A model generated the notes under the pieces. The model worked only from the letters and a program-made list of their open reading frames with translations. It made no database searches and had not been told where the DNA came from. Of a stretch of DNA of 64,000 nucleotides, positions 45,270 through 55,387 are shown one piece after another. The DNA lies in the NCBI GenBank assembly GCA_964500835.1, contig CAZCQL010000005.1:27733-91732 (forward strand), in the 5' to 3' direction. A program made the position numbers and the translations under genes. How positions within the stretch are numbered: position 1 is the first letter of the stretch; each line of letters begins with the position of its first letter. This DNA comes from an uncultured Bacteroides sp. GTDB taxonomy: Bacteria; Bacteroidota; Bacteroidia; Bacteroidales; GCA-2748055.

Positions 45270-47060
45270 CTAATGGATCGGGCTGATCTTAATTGCTTCA
45301 AGGCTGGCAGTTTTCGGATTGCCTTCGACCAGGGACACTGACAGGGTGTGTTCTCCGGCTGTCTTAAATTTGATGATACCCATGGGATAGTACTGGTATT
45401 TTTCGGTTGCTGCCTGCTGATTCTGCACCATGATCTTCTCATCGGTAAGCGTTCTCCACACCAGCCTGTCTTCTCCCCTGTATCGAAGATCAAGGTAGTA
45501 ATAACCGGGCTCCATCACTTCAATGGTCCACTTTGCATAGCTGTCTTCAGACCAGTTGCTTACCTGGTTCACATGTTTCCATTCTCCGAATTTTTCCATC
45601 CATTTGATTTTCTCCCTGCCAGCGCCGCTCACTTCCGCAAACTCAACCAGTAGTTCTGATTCAATATTCGGGCAAATACCAAGGGTAGGATCCACAGCAG
45701 CAGATCCTGCATTGCTTACCAGTTCAACCTCGATCACAGAGACCGGGAAATCTGCAGGTTTGTAGGGAAGGTTCAGTACAGTCCATTCACTGTCCTGCGT
45801 AAAAGTTATTTCCTTTGGCAGGCCAGTGCCCAGGATCTTTGCGGAAACAATCTCAGTTTCCAGGCCGGATAGGTAGAGTTTTGCATCCTGTGGCCATTGG
45901 AAAACAGAAAGATAGAGGGAGTTATCCCTGGTAGTCACATCACCCCAGGGCAAATCATGCTCCCAGGGGGAAGGTCCGGCTGAATAAATAACCTGGGGAT
46001 ACTTACTGATCCATTTTCCGACTTCCCGCAGGAATTGAACACCCGCATCCGGGATATGCCCTTTGCTATCCGGACCTACATTAAACAGGTAAGACCCCCC
46101 GCGTCCAACTGTGGAGATCAGCCTGCGCAGTATCTCTTTCGGACTTTTAAAGTTGTTGTCATACCAGGCATAAGACCAGGAATCATTGTTGGTATCGCAG
46201 GTTTCCCACAGGCCTTTTATATTCCTGGGAGGAACCTCCATATCTCCTTTGCTGGCATAGTCCCCCATACCGTGGCCTACCCGGCTGCAGAGCATGGCAT
46301 TGGGTTGCAATTCACGAACCAGATCCACCAGTTCAACAATATATTTCTTAGGCATGTTGCCCGGGGTATCGAACCATATAAAGTCCAGTTCTCCGTAATT
46401 GCTGCATATCTCCTTTACCTGGGGTTTGCATTTGGTGTAGAAGTAATGATCAAAACTGGCAGGTGAGCCGTCCGGGTTTTTATCGGGCCCTCCATGCGCC
46501 CCGGGGGAAGTCCAGTCCTGGTTGTGAGAATAATAAAAGCCAAAGCCCAGTCCGAGTTTCTCACATGCTTCGGACAACTCTTTCATGGGGTCCCTTGCAA
46601 AGGAAGTGGCGTCCACAATATTGAAATCACTGACTTCCGATTTGAACATGGCAAATCCATCATGGTGTTTACTGTTGATGATGATGTATTTCATACCGGC
46701 ATCCTTAGCCAGTTGTGCAATGGCCATGGCATCAAAATCGCTGGGATTGAATTCTTCAGCGACTTTCATGTATTCCTTCACCGGAATTCCTGCCATTCTG
46801 GGACTCATAATCCATTCACCGATTCCGTAGTAGGTGGTATCGTGCCATTCACCACCCAGTTGGGAGAATAGTCCCCAGTGAATGAACATGGCAAAATTGC
46901 TTTCATCGAACAGCTTACCACGACCGGCTTTCAGGGCATCCACACTTACCGTAGAATTTCCCCACATCTTATCCATGCGCTGAATGGGTTCCCTGGCTTC
47001 CTGGGCATATCCCGTCACGATGATCATGAATAGAATCAGGATTGTATTAATCTTCTTCAT
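45270..47060 (-). CDS. Alpha-L-fucosidase, GH29
   Basis: Start placed at the ATG at 47060 (MKKINTILILFMIIVTGYAQE). FAMFIHWGLFSQLGGEW...YIIINSKHHDGFAMFKS...WETCDTNNDSWSY. Confidence 0.85.
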   Translation of the reverse strand: MKKINTILILFMIIVTGYAQEAREPIQRMDKMWGNSTVSVDALKAGRGKLFDESNFAMFIHWGLFSQLGGEWHDTTYYGIGEWIMSPRMAGIPVKEYMKVAEEFNPSDFDAMAIAQLAKDAGMKYIIINSKHHDGFAMFKSEVSDFNIVDATSFARDPMKELSEACEKLGLGFGFYYSHNQDWTSPGAHGGPDKNPDGSPASFDHYFYTKCKPQVKEICSNYGELDFIWFDTPGNMPKKYIVELVDLVRELQPNAMLCSRVGHGMGDYASKGDMEVPPRNIKGLWETCDTNNDSWSYAWYDNNFKSPKEILRRLISTVGRGGSYLFNVGPDSKGHIPDAGVQFLREVGKWISKYPQVIYSAGPSPWEHDLPWGDVTTRDNSLYLSVFQWPQDAKLYLSGLETEIVSAKILGTGLPKEITFTQDSEWTVLNLPYKPADFPVSVIEVELVSNAGSAAVDPTLGICPNIESELLVEFAEVSGAGREKIKWMEKFGEWKHVNQVSNWSEDSYAKWTIEVMEPGYYYLDLRYRGEDRLVWRTLTDEKIMVQNQQAATEKYQYYPMGIIKFKTAGEHTLSVSLVEGNPKTASLEAIKISPIH

Positions 47061-47159
47061 GCGTATCTCTTTAATCTCTACCCGCAAGTGATTGTTCTCC
47101 GATATGTACCTCCGGGTGTTTATCATCTCAAATTGCTCAAAAGTTTTCTGTTGGTAGGT

Positions 47160-49034
47160 TTACTGCAGCTTTATATACCAGTTATCTTCGTTTATCAAAC
47201 GCTGCCTGATCTCTTCCTTTAACGGAGATTCGAACTTGGCAGCCACCTTATTTGCAAGATAGGCTGGATCGCCCCTGCGCCTGGCAATACGCATGAGGTC
47301 GTAAAATCGCTCCCCTTCGAAGGCCATTTCCCTGATTCGCTCTTCCATGATCTGGTCTTCAACGTAAAGTTGTTTGGCACTCAGGTTGCCGGCATAATTA
47401 AGATAACCGGTAACCTGGTTGGTTTCAGGATCATGGATATAGATGGGATCATTGGTTGAAACTGCTTCAATTCCATTACCAAGACCTACCCGCCCACGCA
47501 CCCCCATTTGATCTCCATCAAAGGTGTAGGTGCCGTCATTGAGTACTGCAAGACTTGTCGATACCACAGGTTTTACAATCCCGCTTGGGTCCGGGAAGCG
47601 CCACTGGGAATATATTTCAGCATAGTAGAGGTGTATTCCTGCAGCCCTGAATACAGGAAAATTTGCATCCCGGTCAAAACGATTCTTTCCAAGGGTGTAT
47701 TTGTAGACCACAGTATCCACACCTTTCATCATTTCCCTCACTGCGGATTCGTTCTGTACACGCTTGTATTCCAGCATCTGCCTCACTTCGGTGCCAGTCA
47801 TTGCTTCACCATTCTTTAAATAGATGTAAGATTTATTATACCCGCGATAAAAATCTCCGGGGATTCCCTGTTCTTCAGGATCAAGTCTGGTTAAGCTATA
47901 ATTATCATCGTTCTCGATACGGAGATAACCAGACCATTCTGTTTCCCATGCGGTGATCGCTGTTTCTGTGGGTTTCAGCATGTACTGGTTGGGCGTTTCT
48001 TTGTCGAACAGATATTGCAACTGGTTTTGCTGCTCATACGACTTGCTAAACCATAGCGCCAGAATGTGCTCATCAACGTCTATGGTGGTGAAGATATTCT
48101 GCCATTTGTTAAAACTAAATTTGTTATCCAACCCGTAACGGATGTACGGGCCTTCAATTTCATTGTAATCCCCGAAGCGCAAAACCTGATCAAAATTCTG
48201 AATGGCTTTTCCGAAATTTCCTATCTCCAGATACATCTGTCCCAGGAGGCTGTGCATGGCAAAGCGGTTCCAAATGGTGACGTCCCAGGTGGGATCTCTG
48301 TTCACCAGGTTATGCAAAACACCCACCAGTTTAACTTTTTCCTGCAACTGGGTAGTAAACGTGTCCACAATGGCAGGGAGGTCAAGGTACATGCGTTCCA
48401 GTACAACCGTGTCATTATAGATGGTATCATTGTTGTATCCATCCGGTCCGTATATGATGGTTACTGGATTGATCACAGTCCTGTTTTGAGATACGTATTC
48501 ACTGATTTCCTCAGCCGTAGTAAGCTCAGGCCAGACATAGGGGACTTCCCTATAGATCCTGGCTGCATTGAAATAGGCCCAGGCCCTCATGCAAAGCACC
48601 TCCCCGTAGAGCCGGTCAAAAATGGTCCCTGTTGTATCCTTTAATACCTCCGGGTGATCCTGTTCCAGCCTTGTGGATAGCCGGTTGCATGCGCCTATCA
48701 GACGGTAAAAGGCCAGGGGAGAGGCATATTTATTGGCAGCTGTGATCTGGTTCCGATTTACTTCGACCAGGTCCCTGTCTGCATTTTCTGTTACAGTTAG
48801 CAGATCACCACGCAGTTCGCCAAGAATCACCAACTGTTCCACCAGGTCCTGTTGAAGGGCATAAAGGCCCAGTTCTGCAGCCCTGTATTCATTCCAATCC
48901 TGAAAATACTCATTCTCATCTACGATCAACCCCTGGTCGGGATCAAAAAATTCTTCACAGGAGTTCAGCATCAGGATGACTGAGATAAAAATGATAATTA
49001 TTGTTTTTCCGCTATATGGGATTCTGATTCTCAT
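47160..49034 (-). CDS. SusD/RagB-family outer-membrane lipoprotein
   Basis: Lipobox LMLNSC. CMRAWAYFNAARIYREVPYVW. The C-terminal block is ERIREMAFEGERFYDLMRIARRRGDP. It lies immediately downstream of a SusC gene. Confidence 0.85.
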   Translation of the reverse strand: MRIRIPYSGKTIIIIFISVILMLNSCEEFFDPDQGLIVDENEYFQDWNEYRAAELGLYALQQDLVEQLVILGELRGDLLTVTENADRDLVEVNRNQITAANKYASPLAFYRLIGACNRLSTRLEQDHPEVLKDTTGTIFDRLYGEVLCMRAWAYFNAARIYREVPYVWPELTTAEEISEYVSQNRTVINPVTIIYGPDGYNNDTIYNDTVVLERMYLDLPAIVDTFTTQLQEKVKLVGVLHNLVNRDPTWDVTIWNRFAMHSLLGQMYLEIGNFGKAIQNFDQVLRFGDYNEIEGPYIRYGLDNKFSFNKWQNIFTTIDVDEHILALWFSKSYEQQNQLQYLFDKETPNQYMLKPTETAITAWETEWSGYLRIENDDNYSLTRLDPEEQGIPGDFYRGYNKSYIYLKNGEAMTGTEVRQMLEYKRVQNESAVREMMKGVDTVVYKYTLGKNRFDRDANFPVFRAAGIHLYYAEIYSQWRFPDPSGIVKPVVSTSLAVLNDGTYTFDGDQMGVRGRVGLGNGIEAVSTNDPIYIHDPETNQVTGYLNYAGNLSAKQLYVEDQIMEERIREMAFEGERFYDLMRIARRRGDPAYLANKVAAKFESPLKEEIRQRLINEDNWYIKLQ

Positions 49035-49045
49035 AGGTTGTACTT

Positions 49046-52000
49046 TTACAGGCCGATCTTAAGTCCAATCATAAATTTCCTTGTAAGGGGGATAAGTCCG
49101 TAGTCAATTCCCTGTTCCATGGTGTTATATGAGACTGCAGATTCAGGATCGTATCCCAGGTAATTCGACAGTGTAATCAGGTTGATCCCCGATATGAAAA
49201 ATTCCGCATCCCTGAAAGCCAGGAATCTGTAAGGAATATGGCAACTCAGGGTAAGATGCTTCAGTCTAACGTAACTTCCATCTTCGATCCACCTGGAGGA
49301 AAAAGTAGCATTTCCGGTGGGATCATCCCAGGAGGCCCGGGGGACATCCGTGTCCTGCCCTTCATGCTGCCAGCGCTGTAATACCCTTGTACTCTGGTTT
49401 GAAAGATCGGACATCTTCTCATTCTGCGAGCGCACATAATTGTATACCTCATTTCCGCTTACGAACTGCAGGCTGCCACTCAGGCTCCAGATCCCATAGC
49501 GGAGTGATGTGTTAATCGCACCGTAGATATCAGGAATGGGGGATCCGATCATGGTCTTATCGTACTCATCTATGATCTGATCCGGTTCACCATCGGGTCC
49601 TGAGAGGTCGAGGAAACGGGCGTCCCCGGCACCAAAAGCTATTCCTCTCTCATTCACCAGATTTGCATCCACGGCCTCCTGTTCAGAACTGTATACTCCG
49701 TCATACAGGTAACCAAAGAAATTCAGAAGCGATTCTCCTTTCCTTGAAATAAAGGATCCTCCATAGAAATCGGTGACTATTTCGTCATTGCTGATTTCAA
49801 GAACCTCATTAGTGAAATGGGACAGGATCAGGCCTAAATCCAAATGGAATTTGCCCGAGCTGATCAACCTTGCATTGGCTGAAATTTCCCATCCTTTATT
49901 GCTCACCGATCCATCGTTATTGGTAAAATATTCAAACCCTGTATAATAAAGCTGGGGCTCATATACCAGGAGGTTGTCCGTTCTGCCGGAGAAATAGTCA
50001 AGGGAGAGCGCCAGCCTGCTGCCATATAGAGCCAGGTCAATCCCCGGGTTCAACTGCGTTCCGCTTTCAGTCCTGATTGACCTGTCGGATATGTTTCCAG
50101 GAACCATGCCGGAGGATTCACGGTAATGCTTTATCTCGTAGTAACGTAAGGCATTCTCATAACCGATGTCATCATTCCCGGCCCTTCCCCAGCTAAACCT
50201 GAGCTTGAGATCCTCCAGCCAGCTAAGATTCCTCAGGTAAGGTTCTCCCGAAATACGCCATGCTCCACCAGCCGAGTAAAAGAGGACGAATGGAACTTCC
50301 CCGAACATAACCAGGTCGTTGTTGCCGGCTTTCTCCAGGGCATTTTTACCTATAACGGTTGAGGTCTCGGATACCACTCCTGCATGGAACAGATAGCGGT
50401 CCCTGAAGGTATAATTCAACCTGGTATATATACCCAGCCTGTTCCACTTATTGGATTCACCACCGAGTTCCCGTAAAAAGGTAGTACCATTTGCAAGGCT
50501 CCGGTATTCATCATTTTCGTTGGAATTCTTTGCGATCCCCCAGTCTTCCTCAAAGACATTGGTGCCTAGCCTGAAACCGGCGATGGCAGTGAGCTGGTGC
50601 TGATTGCCAATTCGCTTACTGTAAGTCAGGTTATTGTCATTATAAAGTGCCAGGAGGTTGTCTTTCAGGGATTTCGACACATTATAGGCTTCTTCATTGT
50701 AATACAGTTCCATACCGTGATTAGGCATGAAAATCAACTCATCGACTGAATTCACATTGATCCCGAGCAGGGAATTCCATTTCAGGTTAGAGGTCAGATC
50801 TCCCTCCAGGCGGATGGATGTCAGGAAACGGTAATTCTTATTTCTGGCGGCAAAATTATTCAGTGTGACTGCCGGATTACTTACACCAAGTTCGTCCACA
50901 TCAGAATAGGTCTGCAATTGCTGCCCTTCATCATCGTAGTCATAGGGTCCCATGAGGGGATTTTTGCGAAGTGCAGAAAGGATGGGACTTGTCTGTTCTA
51001 CCCTCGCCGATTCTTTCAATTCCGAATTGGTCCTTGTGAGGTTGGAGCTGACATAAAGCCGGAGCCATCTAAAGAGGCTGAATGTACCCACAAAACGAAC
51101 GTTGAAACGGTTGTAATTGGTAGTGCTTATGATCCCGTTGTGGTTAAGGTAACCCACTGAGAGGCCATATCGCGCTATCTGGTCCCCACCCATGATCCTC
51201 AGGTAGTAATCATTGAACACGCTGTTGTTGAAAATCTCATCCTGCCAGTTGGTGTTATTACTATACCTGACATAATCCGGATCGGAAGGAAGGATGAACA
51301 GGCCGGGATAATTACCCGGCAGATCTTCCTCCAGCTCTCCGGAATTGAAAAGCATTTCATTTGCCAGGGTTTTGTACTGAAGTGCGTCCAGCTGTGGAAT
51401 TTGCCTGGGTGTGGAAGTCATCCCTGCTCTTACCCGGAAGTCAATGATGGTTCTGACTTCTGTTGGTTTAAGAGTTTCGATCATAACCACCCCATTACTT
51501 CCTCTCAGTCCGTAAGCCGATCCTGCTGCATAATCCTTCAAAACGTTAATACTTGTAATATCAGAGGGATCTAGGGAGGTAAGCGGATTATAGCTATAAC
51601 CGTCCAGCAGGGGATTAAAGATCCCGGGGGATTCGATGGGCATCCCGTCGATCACATACAGCGGCTGGGTATTGGTATTCATAGATTTGATGCCACGGAT
51701 GAAATTCACCGCACCGCTGCCCGGCATTCCCGAGTTGTGTATGGAGTATGAACCGGCAACCTGATCCTGGAAAGCCTCATCAATGGTCTGCCCGCTAACC
51801 CTGTGGAGGATTCCGGTCTGGAGAGGCTGGATGGATGAGATAAACGCTCTTCGGGACTTTTCTTTAAAGGTATTCAACACCAGGTCCTCCCCTGATGGAA
51901 GATCTAATGGTGTCAGCCTGATCATGAGTTTTTCCCGACCGTTCAAAAAAACGCGTTTGGATTTATAGGTATCCACCGGTGAAATGATTACCCACTGGTG

Positions 52001-52219
52001 CGCAGACGGAGACGTCATCACAAACCTTCCACTGCTGTCGCTGATTACAGGATTGGCCAGTACTCCTTCCATGCTTATGGAGATTCCACCGAGACCTTCC
52101 CCATTTTCATTCAGGGTATATCCTTCTATCCGGATGCTGTCCTGTGCCGAACCGGGAATCGCCAATAGCAGAGCTAATCCTAATAATATGCAAATTGAGA
52201 TTTGATGAGTCCTGGACAT
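49046..52219 (-). CDS. SusC/RagA-family TonB-dependent transporter
   Basis: The N-terminal carboxypeptidase-regulatory-like domain is IRIEGYTLNENGEGLGGISI. The plug has PLYVIDGMPIE and INVLKDYAAGSAYGLRGSNGVVMIETLK. The protein is 1057 aa and ends in the beta-barrel terminus KFMIGLKIGL. Confidence 0.9.
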   Translation of the reverse strand: MSRTHQISICILLGLALLLAIPGSAQDSIRIEGYTLNENGEGLGGISISMEGVLANPVISDSSGRFVMTSPSAHQWVIISPVDTYKSKRVFLNGREKLMIRLTPLDLPSGEDLVLNTFKEKSRRAFISSIQPLQTGILHRVSGQTIDEAFQDQVAGSYSIHNSGMPGSGAVNFIRGIKSMNTNTQPLYVIDGMPIESPGIFNPLLDGYSYNPLTSLDPSDITSINVLKDYAAGSAYGLRGSNGVVMIETLKPTEVRTIIDFRVRAGMTSTPRQIPQLDALQYKTLANEMLFNSGELEEDLPGNYPGLFILPSDPDYVRYSNNTNWQDEIFNNSVFNDYYLRIMGGDQIARYGLSVGYLNHNGIISTTNYNRFNVRFVGTFSLFRWLRLYVSSNLTRTNSELKESARVEQTSPILSALRKNPLMGPYDYDDEGQQLQTYSDVDELGVSNPAVTLNNFAARNKNYRFLTSIRLEGDLTSNLKWNSLLGINVNSVDELIFMPNHGMELYYNEEAYNVSKSLKDNLLALYNDNNLTYSKRIGNQHQLTAIAGFRLGTNVFEEDWGIAKNSNENDEYRSLANGTTFLRELGGESNKWNRLGIYTRLNYTFRDRYLFHAGVVSETSTVIGKNALEKAGNNDLVMFGEVPFVLFYSAGGAWRISGEPYLRNLSWLEDLKLRFSWGRAGNDDIGYENALRYYEIKHYRESSGMVPGNISDRSIRTESGTQLNPGIDLALYGSRLALSLDYFSGRTDNLLVYEPQLYYTGFEYFTNNDGSVSNKGWEISANARLISSGKFHLDLGLILSHFTNEVLEISNDEIVTDFYGGSFISRKGESLLNFFGYLYDGVYSSEQEAVDANLVNERGIAFGAGDARFLDLSGPDGEPDQIIDEYDKTMIGSPIPDIYGAINTSLRYGIWSLSGSLQFVSGNEVYNYVRSQNEKMSDLSNQSTRVLQRWQHEGQDTDVPRASWDDPTGNATFSSRWIEDGSYVRLKHLTLSCHIPYRFLAFRDAEFFISGINLITLSNYLGYDPESAVSYNTMEQGIDYGLIPLTRKFMIGLKIGL

Positions 52220-52234
52220 AATCAGAGTTTAATA

Positions 52235-53785
52235 CTAATAGACAGGGATGAGTTTTACATAGTCGATATTAAATCCGTTGGTGCTGCTTGCCCCCGGACC
52301 CTTATATTCAAAGCGAATTCTCACATCTCCATAGGTGGTGAGGTGGTCTACCCAGAAATCCTTCATGTTGAAGCCATCCACGGGAAGAAAACGTTCCCCG
52401 GTTACCGAAATCACCGAGTATTTAAGATCATTGGTATCAAATTCGGAGTATTCAAAACCGAACTTATCCTCGTAGGTCAGCAGGCTGTCATTTACATAGA
52501 TCTCATACAGACCCGAAGGCCTTGAGTTGGCCCGCCATTCCAGCCTGTATTGCATGGGGAAAATGTTCCTGAAGTCGAATTCCATGGAGTACTCACCCTC
52601 ATAATCACGCAAGAAGGAAACATTGACAATCTCTCCTCCACTGGCAGCAAGCGCAGACAGGAGTTTAGGTTCGATCACGGCCCCGGAGACTGTCACATCG
52701 CCCGTCCAGGCATATTTCCCTGCCCCGATCCCTTCGATCAGGGTTTCACCCTCCCTGGTGCTTGTTCCCCGGAAAAGCGAATCGTGTATGGAAAAATCAT
52801 TGTAGAAATAACCTACGCCATTGCTGCAGATAAATCTTGAATCCGGATCGATTTCCCAGGCCTCCACCACAACCGAATCGCCGGTAATACTTTTTATCCA
52901 TCCCACTTCCAGATCGCTGTAGGACAATATCCCTTCAAACATGGCATTTTTCGTTAATCCGGGCAATAATACATCATTTTGCCAGCTGAAGGGGACATCC
53001 TCATGTCCCGTTATGCTTCCACCAAGGCGGGAGGCCATGTCGTCCAGGGCCAGGTCATATTGCTCTTGGGTGAACAGGATCAAAGTGGCATTTTCATCCC
53101 GGAACTCCTTACTAACCGGAAAAAAATCCTCTTCGAACAGATTCACCTTTCCGAATACAGAATCGTAAATGGTATTTCCATCTTCATTAAATCCAAGAGG
53201 TGTGCTCAGGTTACGATCTAGGAAAACAGAATCTTTTGAATCGATGTATTCCTTTAACACATTGCTGTGTTGTGCCGTGAATTCATATAAATTGGGTTTT
53301 GGAACCGCAACTTGCGAGATCTCATAGTACTTACCATCCAGATAGAGTGGGCTGCTTAAAACCATGGGATATCCGTCATAGCTGTATCCCTCCTCATTCT
53401 TTTCAATAAGTACATATTTTCCAGAGCCGGTCAGCATCCTTCTCCAGCTTTTGACGGATTCGTCCACAAAGAGGGTTTGCAGCATATGATACTGTAGCAT
53501 GGTCCGGACATCCAGGATAGTATCTGTAAGCGACTCAAATGCTTCATTGGCAGGGATAAACAGTGTATATACCTGTTCATTCAGGAAGATACTGTCAAGA
53601 CCTTCTGCTTCAACCAGGGATACGAATGTGGAGTAACTGGTTTCCTGGCTGATGGCATCCCATAGTTTCATATTGATCTGATCACCCTGGTTCTCATAAT
53701 GATCCTGCCAGGGGGGATTGCATGACTCGATCGCCGTCATTGAAAACAGCAGGACTATCCCTATTTTTAAATGTACTATTCTCAT
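52235..53785 (-). CDS. Fasciclin (FAS1) domain lipoprotein with a C-terminal beta-sandwich-like domain
   Basis: Lipobox TAIESC. FAS1 block is LWDAISQETSYSTFVSLVEAEGLDSIFLNEQVYTLFIPANEAFESL. The C-terminus ends NGFNIDYVKLIPVY. Confidence 0.7.
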   Translation of the reverse strand: MRIVHLKIGIVLLFSMTAIESCNPPWQDHYENQGDQINMKLWDAISQETSYSTFVSLVEAEGLDSIFLNEQVYTLFIPANEAFESLTDTILDVRTMLQYHMLQTLFVDESVKSWRRMLTGSGKYVLIEKNEEGYSYDGYPMVLSSPLYLDGKYYEISQVAVPKPNLYEFTAQHSNVLKEYIDSKDSVFLDRNLSTPLGFNEDGNTIYDSVFGKVNLFEEDFFPVSKEFRDENATLILFTQEQYDLALDDMASRLGGSITGHEDVPFSWQNDVLLPGLTKNAMFEGILSYSDLEVGWIKSITGDSVVVEAWEIDPDSRFICSNGVGYFYNDFSIHDSLFRGTSTREGETLIEGIGAGKYAWTGDVTVSGAVIEPKLLSALAASGGEIVNVSFLRDYEGEYSMEFDFRNIFPMQYRLEWRANSRPSGLYEIYVNDSLLTYEDKFGFEYSEFDTNDLKYSVISVTGERFLPVDGFNMKDFWVDHLTTYGDVRIRFEYKGPGASSTNGFNIDYVKLIPVY

Positions 53786-53809
53786 AATTAACTCTTTTTC
53801 TCATCAGTC

Positions 53810-55387
53810 CTATTCAGGATTGAATCCCACCCAATCCAGCCTCATGATTCCGGGTATCAGGGTACTTATCTCCAGTAAATGTTCTTTGTAGCTGCTGAAT
53901 TCTAATATTCCCATGCTGTAAGTTGCCCATGGATTGTTGGAATTTCCACCGCTTGTGAGGTCAGTGTTTCCTCCTAACCTCTTGCCGTCAATCCAGACCT
54001 GTATGGTTGCATTATTATTTCCTTTTCCATCGGCCCTTAAATCGAACTGGTACCTGCCGGGCATAATCTTTGGAATGGTGTATGTAAAATCGAAATTCCC
54101 GTTCAATTCAAAGTAATCCCCGCTACTTGCCTTGTTTTCGGCTTGTGTACCTTTCTCATAAATTAACAGTTCGGTTCCGTCCCACCAGAGCTTTTCAAAC
54201 TGCTCCGGTTCAACAAATTCATAGGTGCCATTCGTACTGTAGGCTTCAATGATCAATGGATCCTCACGCAATTGAAAGGTCCTTTGAGATCTTCTCGGTT
54301 CAAATAATTCCATGATCTCATCAATGAAGTGAACCGGTCCGTTCTTTGTATTCAAGTTACTTTCCTGGTAATATAATCCCACGTAGTTAATCCAGGTTGT
54401 ATCCGATCCTGAGATTTCAAGACGGAATGTATCTACACCGGCGTTGAGCTTAATATCTATTCCGGCACTTATGGACACCGGGTAAACGGCATAGCTGTTG
54501 TAGTTGCGGCTTCCCTCAAATGCATCGAGGAAATACCTTCCTTCAAGCATATGGTAGGCGGCAAACTGGTAGAGACCACCATCCGGATCATCCAGCTCAT
54601 AGCCCGGTGTATGCACCCGGTTAATCAGGTCTTCAAAGGTCAGGATACCGATGCGTTCGAAAATTGAATCATGCTCTGCAAATACCGTATAACCGTTTTT
54701 AATAAGCTGCCCTGTGGATGAATGCCTGTATATTCCCATGGTATCATTTAATCCCGAGGCTTTAAAAGCCCTTGAAATAATGGAGTAACCTTCCGTATTT
54801 TCCAGCCATTCATAGCTGTTATAGGAAATCGGCTCAAGCGTTTCACCGATTACCTGGATATATCCGTTGGTGGTTTCAATATCCTGGATGATCACAGGGG
54901 CTCTATTATTGATCATGTATAGTGAAGAATCTTCCGTCACCTGGATTCCGACAGTTAGGTAATCCCCTGTTATCGTGGAGTCTGGCAGGGCTCCATAGGG
55001 GAATTCATTGGATATCAGGCCAATATTCACGATGTGATAGCGGCTGAGGAGCCACAGGAACTCGTAGTCTTGTATCAGGGCCTCAAAACTGTCATATTTG
55101 TCATTCTGCTGGATATACCTGTCGAATGCATCGTCCGTGGGAAGAAACAGGGTATAGTCATCTCCGTGCGGATTATATGCATTCAGAGTGGCATACAGTC
55201 CGGTGGTTTCCAGGATCTGCCAGTACCTGGAGTATTCTTCCTTATTTGACTCAAGGAATGTAGCAATGGACACTACATTCTCATCAAAGAAACCTGTCTC
55301 TTTCTTTTCTACGTCGCAGGCTGTGATGAGGAGCATCCCTGCAGCCAGGAGGCAAAATATAAACCTAATTTGTCTCATAGCCCGCAT
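53810..55387 (-). CDS. Fasciclin (FAS1) domain lipoprotein with a C-terminal beta-sandwich-like domain
   Basis: Lipobox LLITAC. FAS1 block is IATFLESNKEEYSRYWQILETTGLYATLNAYNPHGDDYTLFLPTDDAFDRYI. The start region overlaps the 3' end of the upstream SusD gene by 14-23 nt. Confidence 0.7.
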   Translation of the reverse strand: MRAMRQIRFIFCLLAAGMLLITACDVEKKETGFFDENVVSIATFLESNKEEYSRYWQILETTGLYATLNAYNPHGDDYTLFLPTDDAFDRYIQQNDKYDSFEALIQDYEFLWLLSRYHIVNIGLISNEFPYGALPDSTITGDYLTVGIQVTEDSSLYMINNRAPVIIQDIETTNGYIQVIGETLEPISYNSYEWLENTEGYSIISRAFKASGLNDTMGIYRHSSTGQLIKNGYTVFAEHDSIFERIGILTFEDLINRVHTPGYELDDPDGGLYQFAAYHMLEGRYFLDAFEGSRNYNSYAVYPVSISAGIDIKLNAGVDTFRLEISGSDTTWINYVGLYYQESNLNTKNGPVHFIDEIMELFEPRRSQRTFQLREDPLIIEAYSTNGTYEFVEPEQFEKLWWDGTELLIYEKGTQAENKASSGDYFELNGNFDFTYTIPKIMPGRYQFDLRADGKGNNNATIQVWIDGKRLGGNTDLTSGGNSNNPWATYSMGILEFSSYKEHLLEISTLIPGIMRLDWVGFNPE

